Assembly (NCBI GenBank): GCA_016784545.1
Contig: JADHUM010000007.1
Coordinates: 1,582-65,581 of the forward strand
DNA length: 64,000 nucleotides
Reading direction: 5' to 3'
DNA from: Fidelibacterota bacterium
Lineage (GTDB): Bacteria > Fidelibacterota > UBA8477 > JABMPR01
The notes below the pieces were generated by a model. The model made no database searches. It worked only from the letters and a program-made list of their open reading frames with translations, and was not told the DNA's origin. The stretch's first letter is position 1. Each line of letters opens with the position of its first letter. Positions 8,698 through 16,458 of the stretch are shown here, piece by piece. Both the position numbers and the translations under genes were made by a program.

Positions 8698-10479
8698 TTG
8701 AGTTGGTACCAAACGATAGAGGTAGAAGTGAATAGAGCAACTTATCTGATATGCATCGCCTGTGCGATGCCACTATTTGCACAGACAGAAGTAACCATAC
8801 CAGATACACTGAGCGGACAAGAATTTCATTTGGTTCTTCAGAATGGAAACTTCCAATTCCAGGAAGGAATTGATTCCGAGACCATGGGTGTCAATGGGCC
8901 TGTACTTGGTCCCACCCTTATTATGGAACAGGGCCAATTCGCGGATATTTCCGTGGAGAACCAATTGGGTGAGCCAACTACAATTCACTGGCATGGGCTG
9001 CACGTTTCTGCAGAGAATGATGGCGGACCACATACAGTTATTCATCCTGGCGAAACCTGGAATCCCCAATTTACGGTCTTGGACAAGGCGGGTACATACT
9101 GGTATCATCCACATCTCCATGAACATACTGATGAGCATGTTTCGAAGGGACTATCGGGATTTATTATTGTTAAGGATGACGAGGAAGCAGCATTAGAACT
9201 GCCAAGAACCTATGGGGTTGATGATTTCCCCCTAGTTATTCAAACAAAATCAATAAATCCAACAGGGGAGATAGTTGCTCATACTAACTCTGATACAGAA
9301 TTGATGGTTAACGCTGTCATGGACCCAAGATTAGTAGTCCCAGAGCAAGTCGTTCGATTTCGACTGTTGAATGGATCCTCCCAGCGAGTGTTTAATTTTG
9401 GCTTGTCAAATAATCAGAGCTTTCACATGATTGCTTCAGATGGAGGATTGTTGAATGTTTCTGTAGAGCTGACTCGATTAATGTTGGCTCCAGGCGAACG
9501 AGCTGAAATACTGGTTGATTTTGCTCTAACCACAGGGTCTACCACATCACTACTGAGCTATGCTGCTGAGTTACAAAACGGCATTTATGGTGCAGCTCAA
9601 CCGGGAATGATGTCCATGCAGTCATTAGATGGATACAATCCCAATCCGCTTAATGGATCAGATTTTGAGGTCATGCGGTTTGAAATCGTGGATCCAACTG
9701 TGAATGCGGTCACAACAATTGTGTCGAATCTGGCTTCTGACACCCCGCTAACCGAAAGTGAGTCCGACATTACCCGGCAGTTCACTCTGACACCGGAAGT
9801 TATGGGTCCTAATTCAATAAATGGTGATTTTCTAATCAATGGATCGTACTTTGATATGGAAACGATCAATGAAGTTATTCCACTCAATAATATTGAGGTT
9901 TGGTCAATCACAAATCAGTCTCCCATTGCTCATCCCTTTCATATTCATGATGTTCAATTTTACGTCCTAGATAGAAATGGTGTCCCACCTGCTCCTACTG
10001 AGCAGGGCCGTAAAGATGTGGTGTTGGTGAAGCCAATGGAAACAGTCCGATTTATCACAAAATTTGAAGACTTTGCCAATCCAACTGTACCATTCATGTA
10101 TCATTGCCACATGCTCACCCACGAGGATGCAGGCATGATGGGGCAGTTTATTGTCGTAGATCCTTTGGCGACGAATTCAAATTTGGCAGGACTCATCCCG
10201 ACTGTAGTCACTCTTGGTCCTGCATATCCGAATCCGTTCAATCCAACCACCACCATCAGGTACGATCTTCCTACTCGATCCGCTGTGACACTTGGAGTTT
10301 ACGATATCACTGGCAGAACCATCACAATTCTTGCTGATACACACCAGCCAGCAGGTGCTTACTCCATCCATTGGAACGGTACCAACGATTTAGGTAATCC
10401 AGTGAGTACAGGTATGTATTTCTGCCGACTTGAGGCTGGAGATTACAGCAAGACGATCAAGATGGTGTATTTGAAGTAG
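8698..10479 (+). CDS. Multicopper oxidase (CueO/CopA-like) with a C-terminal T9SS sorting domain.
   Basis: It has all four MCO copper-site motifs: IHWHGLHV, HPHLHEHT, HPFHIHDVQF and YHCHMLTHEDAGMMGQF. The C-terminus is AYPNPFNPTTTIRYDLPTRSAVTLGVYDITGR...GMYFCRLEAGDYSKTIKMVYLK. The exact start is uncertain because several in-frame Met codons follow. Confidence 0.8.
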   Translation: MSWYQTIEVEVNRATYLICIACAMPLFAQTEVTIPDTLSGQEFHLVLQNGNFQFQEGIDSETMGVNGPVLGPTLIMEQGQFADISVENQLGEPTTIHWHGLHVSAENDGGPHTVIHPGETWNPQFTVLDKAGTYWYHPHLHEHTDEHVSKGLSGFIIVKDDEEAALELPRTYGVDDFPLVIQTKSINPTGEIVAHTNSDTELMVNAVMDPRLVVPEQVVRFRLLNGSSQRVFNFGLSNNQSFHMIASDGGLLNVSVELTRLMLAPGERAEILVDFALTTGSTTSLLSYAAELQNGIYGAAQPGMMSMQSLDGYNPNPLNGSDFEVMRFEIVDPTVNAVTTIVSNLASDTPLTESESDITRQFTLTPEVMGPNSINGDFLINGSYFDMETINEVIPLNNIEVWSITNQSPIAHPFHIHDVQFYVLDRNGVPPAPTEQGRKDVVLVKPMETVRFITKFEDFANPTVPFMYHCHMLTHEDAGMMGQFIVVDPLATNSNLAGLIPTVVTLGPAYPNPFNPTTTIRYDLPTRSAVTLGVYDITGRTITILADTHQPAGAYSIHWNGTNDLGNPVSTGMYFCRLEAGDYSKTIKMVYLK

Positions 10480-10548
10480 GAATTACGGTTTTAATCAATT
10501 CATGGAACCATTAGTGCAATATCATTTAATAAAACTGTGTCAAATTTA

Positions 10549-10710
10549 ATGGCATGAAATGGCGTGATATGTCTCAACGTGTGGCGAAAATGACCAATCT
10601 CGATAATTTGTCGCACATAAAACATAATCAGTAATATCAAATAGTTAAGGTTGGTACCCGGGGCCGGAATCGAACCGGCACGGCTTTTAAGGCCGAGGGA
10701 TTTTAAGTCC
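10549..10710 (-). repeat. Direct-repeat copy B. It consists of a conserved box (10549..10578, ATGGCATGAAATGGCGTGATATGTCTCAA) plus a tRNA-Leu(UAA) 3' fragment at 10654..10710.
   Basis: Positions 10654..10710 are identical over 57 nt to 36676..36732 (anticodon stem through discriminator of the intact tRNA-Leu). The tRNA 5' half is absent. Confidence 0.7.
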
Positions 10711-10836
10711 AAAATAACTCATTGATACATGGGATGCTACCATGTTTGTGACAAAATATTCAGACCAATAATTGATGGAGAGGTGAACATCATCAAATAG
10801 GATTGAATTCACCTTACCAAAGGTGTATTATGCACA

Positions 10837-11799
10837 ATGATGAATAGTGATCTCAGTATCGAGCATATTAATAGAGTACTACGAGAGTATGAAATTGGAC
10901 AATTTGTAAGTCTTGAAGAATTGTCTCCAGGTTTCGCCAACCGAAGTTTCAAATTAGAAACGGAGTCTGGACCATATTTATTCAGATGGGTGTTAGAAAA
11001 AGGTCTTGAGGATTTAAAACTAGAGCTGGATTTGCTAGAGCATCTTCGTGGATTTGAGTTTAAAACATCCTACCCAATTGCCAAGGGTGATGGAAGTTTT
11101 TTTACTGAACTTGCACCAGGCTACGCGGTAATCTATGATTTCATCACGGGTGTACATCCGGCACTATCAGAAGAGGCAGCAAGACAGATAGGGAGTTGTG
11201 TTGGCCAACTAAGTAATATTGCTCCACCAGTAAATTTTTCGAGGTCAAACACGATCAATATTGATACATGTCTGGAATTAGCTGAAATCCTTCAAAGCGC
11301 ACCTGTGAAACTACCTGATATCTACAAATACTTCACCAGTGTGAGTGCAGTATTTAACGAACGGCTGACTGCTGATTTACCCCAAGGGCTCATCCATGCA
11401 GATGTGTTTCCAGACAATACAATATTCCAGGGAAATGCTCTCCGAGCAATTATTGATTTAGAAGAGGCGTGTACCGATACGCTACTTTTTGATCTGGCAA
11501 TGGCGATCAATGGGTTTTGTTTTCCCAACAATGAGCTTTCCTATTCCTTCCTGGAATCATTTCTCAACGGTTACCTAGAGCATAGGCTTTTGAGTCCTGA
11601 AGAATGGGAAGCTTTGCCTACATATATCGCCTGGACAGCTCACGGAATGTTGAGTTGGCATTTGGAGAGATTGTCTCAAAATCATATGGAACGGCAGGAA
11701 GCGCGTGTCCGTGAGCTCATGACCAGGGTGGTGGATATTCTTAATAGGGAAGAGAGTGTCTCACAAAATATCTGTGTGATCAGAGAAACTTTTAAATAA
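10837..11799 (+). CDS. Phosphotransferase (APH/ChoK/homoserine-kinase-II family).
   Basis: 320 aa. It has the catalytic loop LIHADVFPDNTIF (H-x-D-x4-N) and the IIDLEEA Mg-binding motif typical of the aminoglycoside/homoserine kinase type II fold. Confidence 0.55.
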   Translation: MMNSDLSIEHINRVLREYEIGQFVSLEELSPGFANRSFKLETESGPYLFRWVLEKGLEDLKLELDLLEHLRGFEFKTSYPIAKGDGSFFTELAPGYAVIYDFITGVHPALSEEAARQIGSCVGQLSNIAPPVNFSRSNTINIDTCLELAEILQSAPVKLPDIYKYFTSVSAVFNERLTADLPQGLIHADVFPDNTIFQGNALRAIIDLEEACTDTLLFDLAMAINGFCFPNNELSYSFLESFLNGYLEHRLLSPEEWEALPTYIAWTAHGMLSWHLERLSQNHMERQEARVRELMTRVVDILNREESVSQNICVIRETFK

Positions 11800-11891
11800 C
11801 AGTACTTTAACATTCTAACCTACAGCATAATTAACTGAGATAGTTGCCATTAGGCAATAATATATTGATAAATGCTACATTATAAATATTA

Positions 11892-11965
11892 TTATGCAAA
11901 CGATTGCATAAATATATTGACAAACATTTATGTACGAATTATAATTTATGCAAACGATTGCATAA
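11892..11965 (+). promoter_or_regulatory. Consensus sigma-70-type promoter (TTGACA-17-TATAAT) bracketed by two identical 20-bp palindromic operators, TTATGCAAACGATTGCATAA.
   Basis: The two palindrome copies are at 11892..11911 and 11946..11965. The -35 TTGACA is at 11917..11922, the spacer is 17 nt, and the -10 TATAAT is at 11940..11945. The second operator overlaps the -10/+1 region. An SD (AAGGAGAGG) and an ATG at 12055 lie downstream. Confidence 0.6.
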
Positions 11966-12054
11966 CCAAATTTGTGAAATAACACGGTTTGGAAAATTGG
12001 ATGATCAGGATGAAACCCATTGTCCAGAATAATATCAATATAAGGAGAGGTAAA

Positions 12055-13254
12055 ATGAGAATGAAGCTACTATTTGTTTTGGTGCTTATCCCCATCGTCT
12101 TTCTTTTCACCTATTGTGAAGAGGATGATCCAGAGGAAGTGCTGGAACCACCAGTGGTAACAAGCCTGTCAACCCCTAGCGCATATTCAGGTGAACCTGT
12201 TGTAATCACAGGTTCAGATTTCAATCCAACATTGAATATGAATTTAGTGGAACTTGCTGGCATAACTACTGCTGTAACTGAATCCGCTACCCCAAGTGCA
12301 GGTACAGAGACGACTCTCACATTTACCGTACCCACCATGAGTTTATCTGGTGAGACGATTGATGCCTACGTTTCTGTTCGTAATCTTGGATCAGATTTGG
12401 CCAGTGATAGCCTGGAATTATCTGTGAAACCAATCTTTAATGTAGACTCTGTTCCTGATTTGCCCAAAACCAAGGGTGGAATCGCCTTTGATGGTGAGGG
12501 CAAACTTTACGTACGTGGTCAGGATCCAGGCGATATCTATTTAATCGGTCCAAATGGTAACCAGAGATATTTTGGAAACACAGTCTGGGGTGAAGGTGAG
12601 ATGATTGTAGGACCTGATGGTTACCTCTACGCAGCAGTTGTATGGGGAACATATGGTGTGATGAGACTCCCATTAGCAACTGGCGGTGATGGTGTCACAT
12701 ATGTTCCAGATACAGACATCGACAATCCTTTCTGTCTGGACTTTGACGAAGACGAAAACCTCTATGTTGGTACCGCAGACGGTGGGTTCTGGCGTCGCAA
12801 CTCAGATGGCACTGTTACCCAGATACTCTCAGACAGGGGATGGGGAAGTCCAACCCGTTTGAATGGTGATTATGTCTATTGGTATACCAAGAGCGATTCT
12901 GGGAGTAACGGTCTGTTCCGAGCACCATTACCAGATGCTTCGACACAGGACACTATTGCTACCAGCAGCATTGAAACCATACTCCAAACAGAGGATTACA
13001 CACCAAGTGGTCTCGCTGTAGATAGTTTTGGCAATGTCTATCTCATGGATGGATGGGGTGGGACTATGCTGGTTCGCATCACACCGAGTGGGGTCGTCGA
13101 AGAGCTTATAGAGCTTCCTACTGAAAACCCAAATAAAGCCACATTTTATGGTGATGTTTTGGTTATCACACAGGGAAATCAGGGTAATGAAGTTTGGTAC
13201 TATTACCTTGGTGAAGGATATGGGGATACTGCCACACCACGTTATATGTGGTAG
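12055..13254 (+). CDS. Lipoprotein with an IPT/TIG-like domain and beta-propeller-like repeats. Function unknown.
   Basis: A strong SD sits 6 nt upstream of MRMKLLFVLVLIPIVFLFTYCEEDD (lipobox Cys). PVVTSLSTPSAYSGEPVVITGSDFNP is IPT/TIG-like. Repeated G..Y/DG..YV segments suggest a propeller. The longer ORF in the track starts at 11989. Confidence 0.5.
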   Translation: MRMKLLFVLVLIPIVFLFTYCEEDDPEEVLEPPVVTSLSTPSAYSGEPVVITGSDFNPTLNMNLVELAGITTAVTESATPSAGTETTLTFTVPTMSLSGETIDAYVSVRNLGSDLASDSLELSVKPIFNVDSVPDLPKTKGGIAFDGEGKLYVRGQDPGDIYLIGPNGNQRYFGNTVWGEGEMIVGPDGYLYAAVVWGTYGVMRLPLATGGDGVTYVPDTDIDNPFCLDFDEDENLYVGTADGGFWRRNSDGTVTQILSDRGWGSPTRLNGDYVYWYTKSDSGSNGLFRAPLPDASTQDTIATSSIETILQTEDYTPSGLAVDSFGNVYLMDGWGGTMLVRITPSGVVEELIELPTENPNKATFYGDVLVITQGNQGNEVWYYYLGEGYGDTATPRYMW

Positions 13255-13274
13255 TGATTCTATTTTGATCCAAT

Positions 13275-13299
13275 CAGGGCTTCCCAAACGGAAGCCCTG
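13275..13299 (+). terminator. Rho-independent terminator-like hairpin after the lipoprotein gene.
   Basis: CAGGGCTTCC-caaac-GGAAGCCCTG forms a 10-bp GC-rich stem. It is followed by ATTTCAATAAC, a weak U tract. Confidence 0.5.
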
Positions 13300-13388
13300 A
13301 TTTCAATAACTTATTTTGGATTCAACCGTTCCAACACGGTGACGGTACCTACGTCATTATCTGTATCATCTTGAGGAAGGCATGACCT

Positions 13389-16300
13389 ATGAAAAATCAA
13401 AATCGTCGCATAACCATGCAAAAAATTTCAGCAGTTCTGATGATTTCGATTCTATTTATCAGCCTGCAGAGTCCGGTAATTGCCGGTGTCACGGGTAAAA
13501 TTGCCGGGCGGGTAATTGATGCTGAAAATGGAGAGGGATTGCCTGGTGTCAATATTGTTGTCGACGGTACGATATTGGGTGCGCAATCAGATCTAGAGGG
13601 TGATTACTATATCACAAATGTACCTCCTGGAGAATACAATATCACCGCTTCCATGATTGGCTACCAATCCATAACAATAACTGGTATATATGTTATCGTC
13701 GATCATACAGTGCGATCCGATTTTTCGCTAACTACGAAGGTTCTAGAGGGTGGTGAAGTGATCGTGGTTGCTGATCGAAAAGTCATCGTGATGGATCGTT
13801 CTGCAAGTGAACTGAGTGTTTCCGGTGAAGATATGACCTCCGTGCCGATGGTCAGGGATGTAAAGGATTATCTTGATCTAGAAGCTGGTTTTGATGAAAA
13901 CCGTCTGCGAGGCGGAGGATTCGACCAAACTGCTTTGATGGTAGATGGATTGTCAGTCATTGACAATCGGAGCAATGAGCCCATCATGATGGTGAATCTC
14001 TCTGCTATCGATCAGATCAATGTTATCAAGGGGGGCTTCAATGCAGAATATGGTAACATTCGTTCCGGCCTAATAAATGTAGTCACAAAGGACGGTTCCC
14101 CGGATTCTTACGGTGGTTCAATCGATTTTCAGATTAACCCTTCAGGACTTAAACATGGGGGCAACAGTTTATTCAGTCCAGATAACTATTATCTAAAACC
14201 TTTTTTAGACCCCCTGGTGATGTGGACAGGGACAAAAGATGGAGGTTGGACTGAAGAACAACAGGCCAGTTATCCATATTTTGAGGGGTGGAATAAAATT
14301 TCCAATAGAACTTTACTTGACTCAGATCCAAACAATGATATGAACCCTCGGGAAGCCCGAGACCTATTTCTGTGGTATCATCGAGTTGAGGGCTCTGAGG
14401 AATTGGGACAGCAGGAAGGGCAATATGGTCACTTGCCTGACTACAATCTTGACATCTCTTTTAGTGGACCCATTCCATTGCTTACAAAGCGGCTCTGGGA
14501 TGTGAATTTCTTTTTCAGTCACCATAGTCGTCTTGAAATGTTTGCCCTGCCCACGAGCCGGGATTACTTCAAGGAGGCAAATAGTCAGCTTAAACTCGTC
14601 TTTAGACCAATGGCAAAGATGAAGATGAAACTGGAAGCGTTATATGGTGAGATCAACACTGTCACTCAGGATCCAGAAGGAGCGGGGTTCAATTATTACC
14701 TGAGGTCCGCAACTGACATCTTTAACCACTATATGGCCAACAGTGATGCCTATGCCAATGGTGGGGGTGCTTCACTCTATTGGCCAGAAGCGCTAAGCCC
14801 TTTCGATATCTACCGAAATATGCTGGGCTTTAGTTTGGATTATGTGGTGAATCAGGAAACCTTTCTTAGTCTGCGCATTTCTAACACCGGTATAAAAAAT
14901 AGATCCTCAGGACCCCAGGATATGAGGGATACATCAATCGTTCGCTATTTCGGCTCCCAGGGTGTAACCGAAGCTCCTTTCGGATTTATTGTTGATGACC
15001 GTTATACTCCCAGCGGTGATAACATGGTATTTGCCTCTTTGGGCGGTGTAGCCAGAGATAATACTACCACGAGTAACCTAAATGTAAAATTCGATCTAAC
15101 GAGTCAGTTGAATAAACGACACGAGCTCAAGACTGGGTTCGAGCTAAACTATGACGATCTAAATAGTGATTATTCTACCAGCTATGATTATGCTCCGCCG
15201 AATAACTGGCGAGCACAGTCTCAAAGTTCTCCCCTGAGGGTAGGGGCATATGTACAAGACAAGGTTGAGATCGAAGGGCTTATTGCAAACGTAGGTCTCA
15301 GGGTTGATTTGAATGAGCCCAACAAGGATTGGTACACGGTTGATCGTTACGACGCTAACTTTTCTTCAACCAAGAAATATGACTTTGAGGAAGTGGTTAC
15401 CACAGAACCTGCTAAAGGCAGAATCAAACTCTCACCCCGTCTTGGTATAAGTCATCCCATTTCTGACAAGGCAAAGCTATTCTTCAATTACGGGCACTTC
15501 TATTCCATGCCCAGCAGTCTTGATATGTATGAAATAGGATACGGTACATTTTATGAGGGAATCACTTTCTTAGGGAATCCCTCTATGGATATCCCCAGAA
15601 CAACAGCGTATGAACTGGGAGTGGAATATGCTCTAAACGACATGATCCTGCTGCACAGTTCAGGCTATTACAAGGATGTGGCAAACCAGAGTGGATATGT
15701 GCGTTATGTCAGTATAGATGGAAGTGTAAACTACCAGACCGTGGAAAATGCTAATTACGAGGATATCAGAGGCTTTGAACTACGTGTTGAGAAACGATCA
15801 GGAGATTGGGTAACGGGTTGGCTTAATTTCGACTATGTGGTTCGATCCTCTGGATATTTTGGGCGTCAAGCTTACTATGAAGACCCCAGGTCAGATGCCA
15901 GATATAGTGCCCAGAATCCATTGCAGGAAAAACCTCTAGCACGTCCAGTTGCTCGGTCGAATGTGAATTTCCACACCCCAGACTATTTCGGGCCCAAGCT
16001 ATTTGGTCATCGGATCTTCAAAGATTTACAAATGTCCATTCTCTTCAATTGGAAAGCAGGAGATTATATGACATGGGATCCTCTTGAAACATTCAAGCTT
16101 GCTTCCAATGTCCAGTGGAAGGACAGATTGGCCGTTGATCTACGTCTTTCCAAAGATTTTGCCCTCTCTTCATCCAGGGTCAATGCGTTTCTGGATGTCC
16201 AAAACTTCCTTGGGCTACAGTATATGAGCATGGCTGCTTTCGATGGAGGGGACGATTTCCGAGACTACATGTACAGTTTACATCTTCCCATGTACGAGGG

Positions 16301-16445
16301 TGAAACATACCAGGATGCAGGATTTGAAGCGGGTGATGATCGTGTTGGAGATACAGATAAGGAACACATCAATATGCCGAATAGGGCGTTTCTCCTGGAT
16401 CTGAATCCCAGAAGGTTCACCTTCGGTCTTCGAGTTAATTTTTAA
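13389..16445 (+). CDS. SusC-like TonB-dependent outer-membrane receptor with an N-terminal CarboxypepD_reg domain.
   Basis: 1018 aa. After the signal peptide comes GKIAGRVIDAENGEGLPGVNIVVDG...YYITNVPPGEYNITASMIGYQ, a carboxypeptidase-regulatory-like fold. This is followed by a plug region (GGFNAEYGNIRSG) and a long beta-barrel ending in a terminal aromatic (...GLRVNF). It is paralogous to the gene at 60843. Confidence 0.7.
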   Translation: MKNQNRRITMQKISAVLMISILFISLQSPVIAGVTGKIAGRVIDAENGEGLPGVNIVVDGTILGAQSDLEGDYYITNVPPGEYNITASMIGYQSITITGIYVIVDHTVRSDFSLTTKVLEGGEVIVVADRKVIVMDRSASELSVSGEDMTSVPMVRDVKDYLDLEAGFDENRLRGGGFDQTALMVDGLSVIDNRSNEPIMMVNLSAIDQINVIKGGFNAEYGNIRSGLINVVTKDGSPDSYGGSIDFQINPSGLKHGGNSLFSPDNYYLKPFLDPLVMWTGTKDGGWTEEQQASYPYFEGWNKISNRTLLDSDPNNDMNPREARDLFLWYHRVEGSEELGQQEGQYGHLPDYNLDISFSGPIPLLTKRLWDVNFFFSHHSRLEMFALPTSRDYFKEANSQLKLVFRPMAKMKMKLEALYGEINTVTQDPEGAGFNYYLRSATDIFNHYMANSDAYANGGGASLYWPEALSPFDIYRNMLGFSLDYVVNQETFLSLRISNTGIKNRSSGPQDMRDTSIVRYFGSQGVTEAPFGFIVDDRYTPSGDNMVFASLGGVARDNTTTSNLNVKFDLTSQLNKRHELKTGFELNYDDLNSDYSTSYDYAPPNNWRAQSQSSPLRVGAYVQDKVEIEGLIANVGLRVDLNEPNKDWYTVDRYDANFSSTKKYDFEEVVTTEPAKGRIKLSPRLGISHPISDKAKLFFNYGHFYSMPSSLDMYEIGYGTFYEGITFLGNPSMDIPRTTAYELGVEYALNDMILLHSSGYYKDVANQSGYVRYVSIDGSVNYQTVENANYEDIRGFELRVEKRSGDWVTGWLNFDYVVRSSGYFGRQAYYEDPRSDARYSAQNPLQEKPLARPVARSNVNFHTPDYFGPKLFGHRIFKDLQMSILFNWKAGDYMTWDPLETFKLASNVQWKDRLAVDLRLSKDFALSSSRVNAFLDVQNFLGLQYMSMAAFDGGDDFRDYMYSLHLPMYEGETYQDAGFEAGDDRVGDTDKEHINMPNRAFLLDLNPRRFTFGLRVNF

Positions 16446-16458
16446 GGGAGTAAGGACA

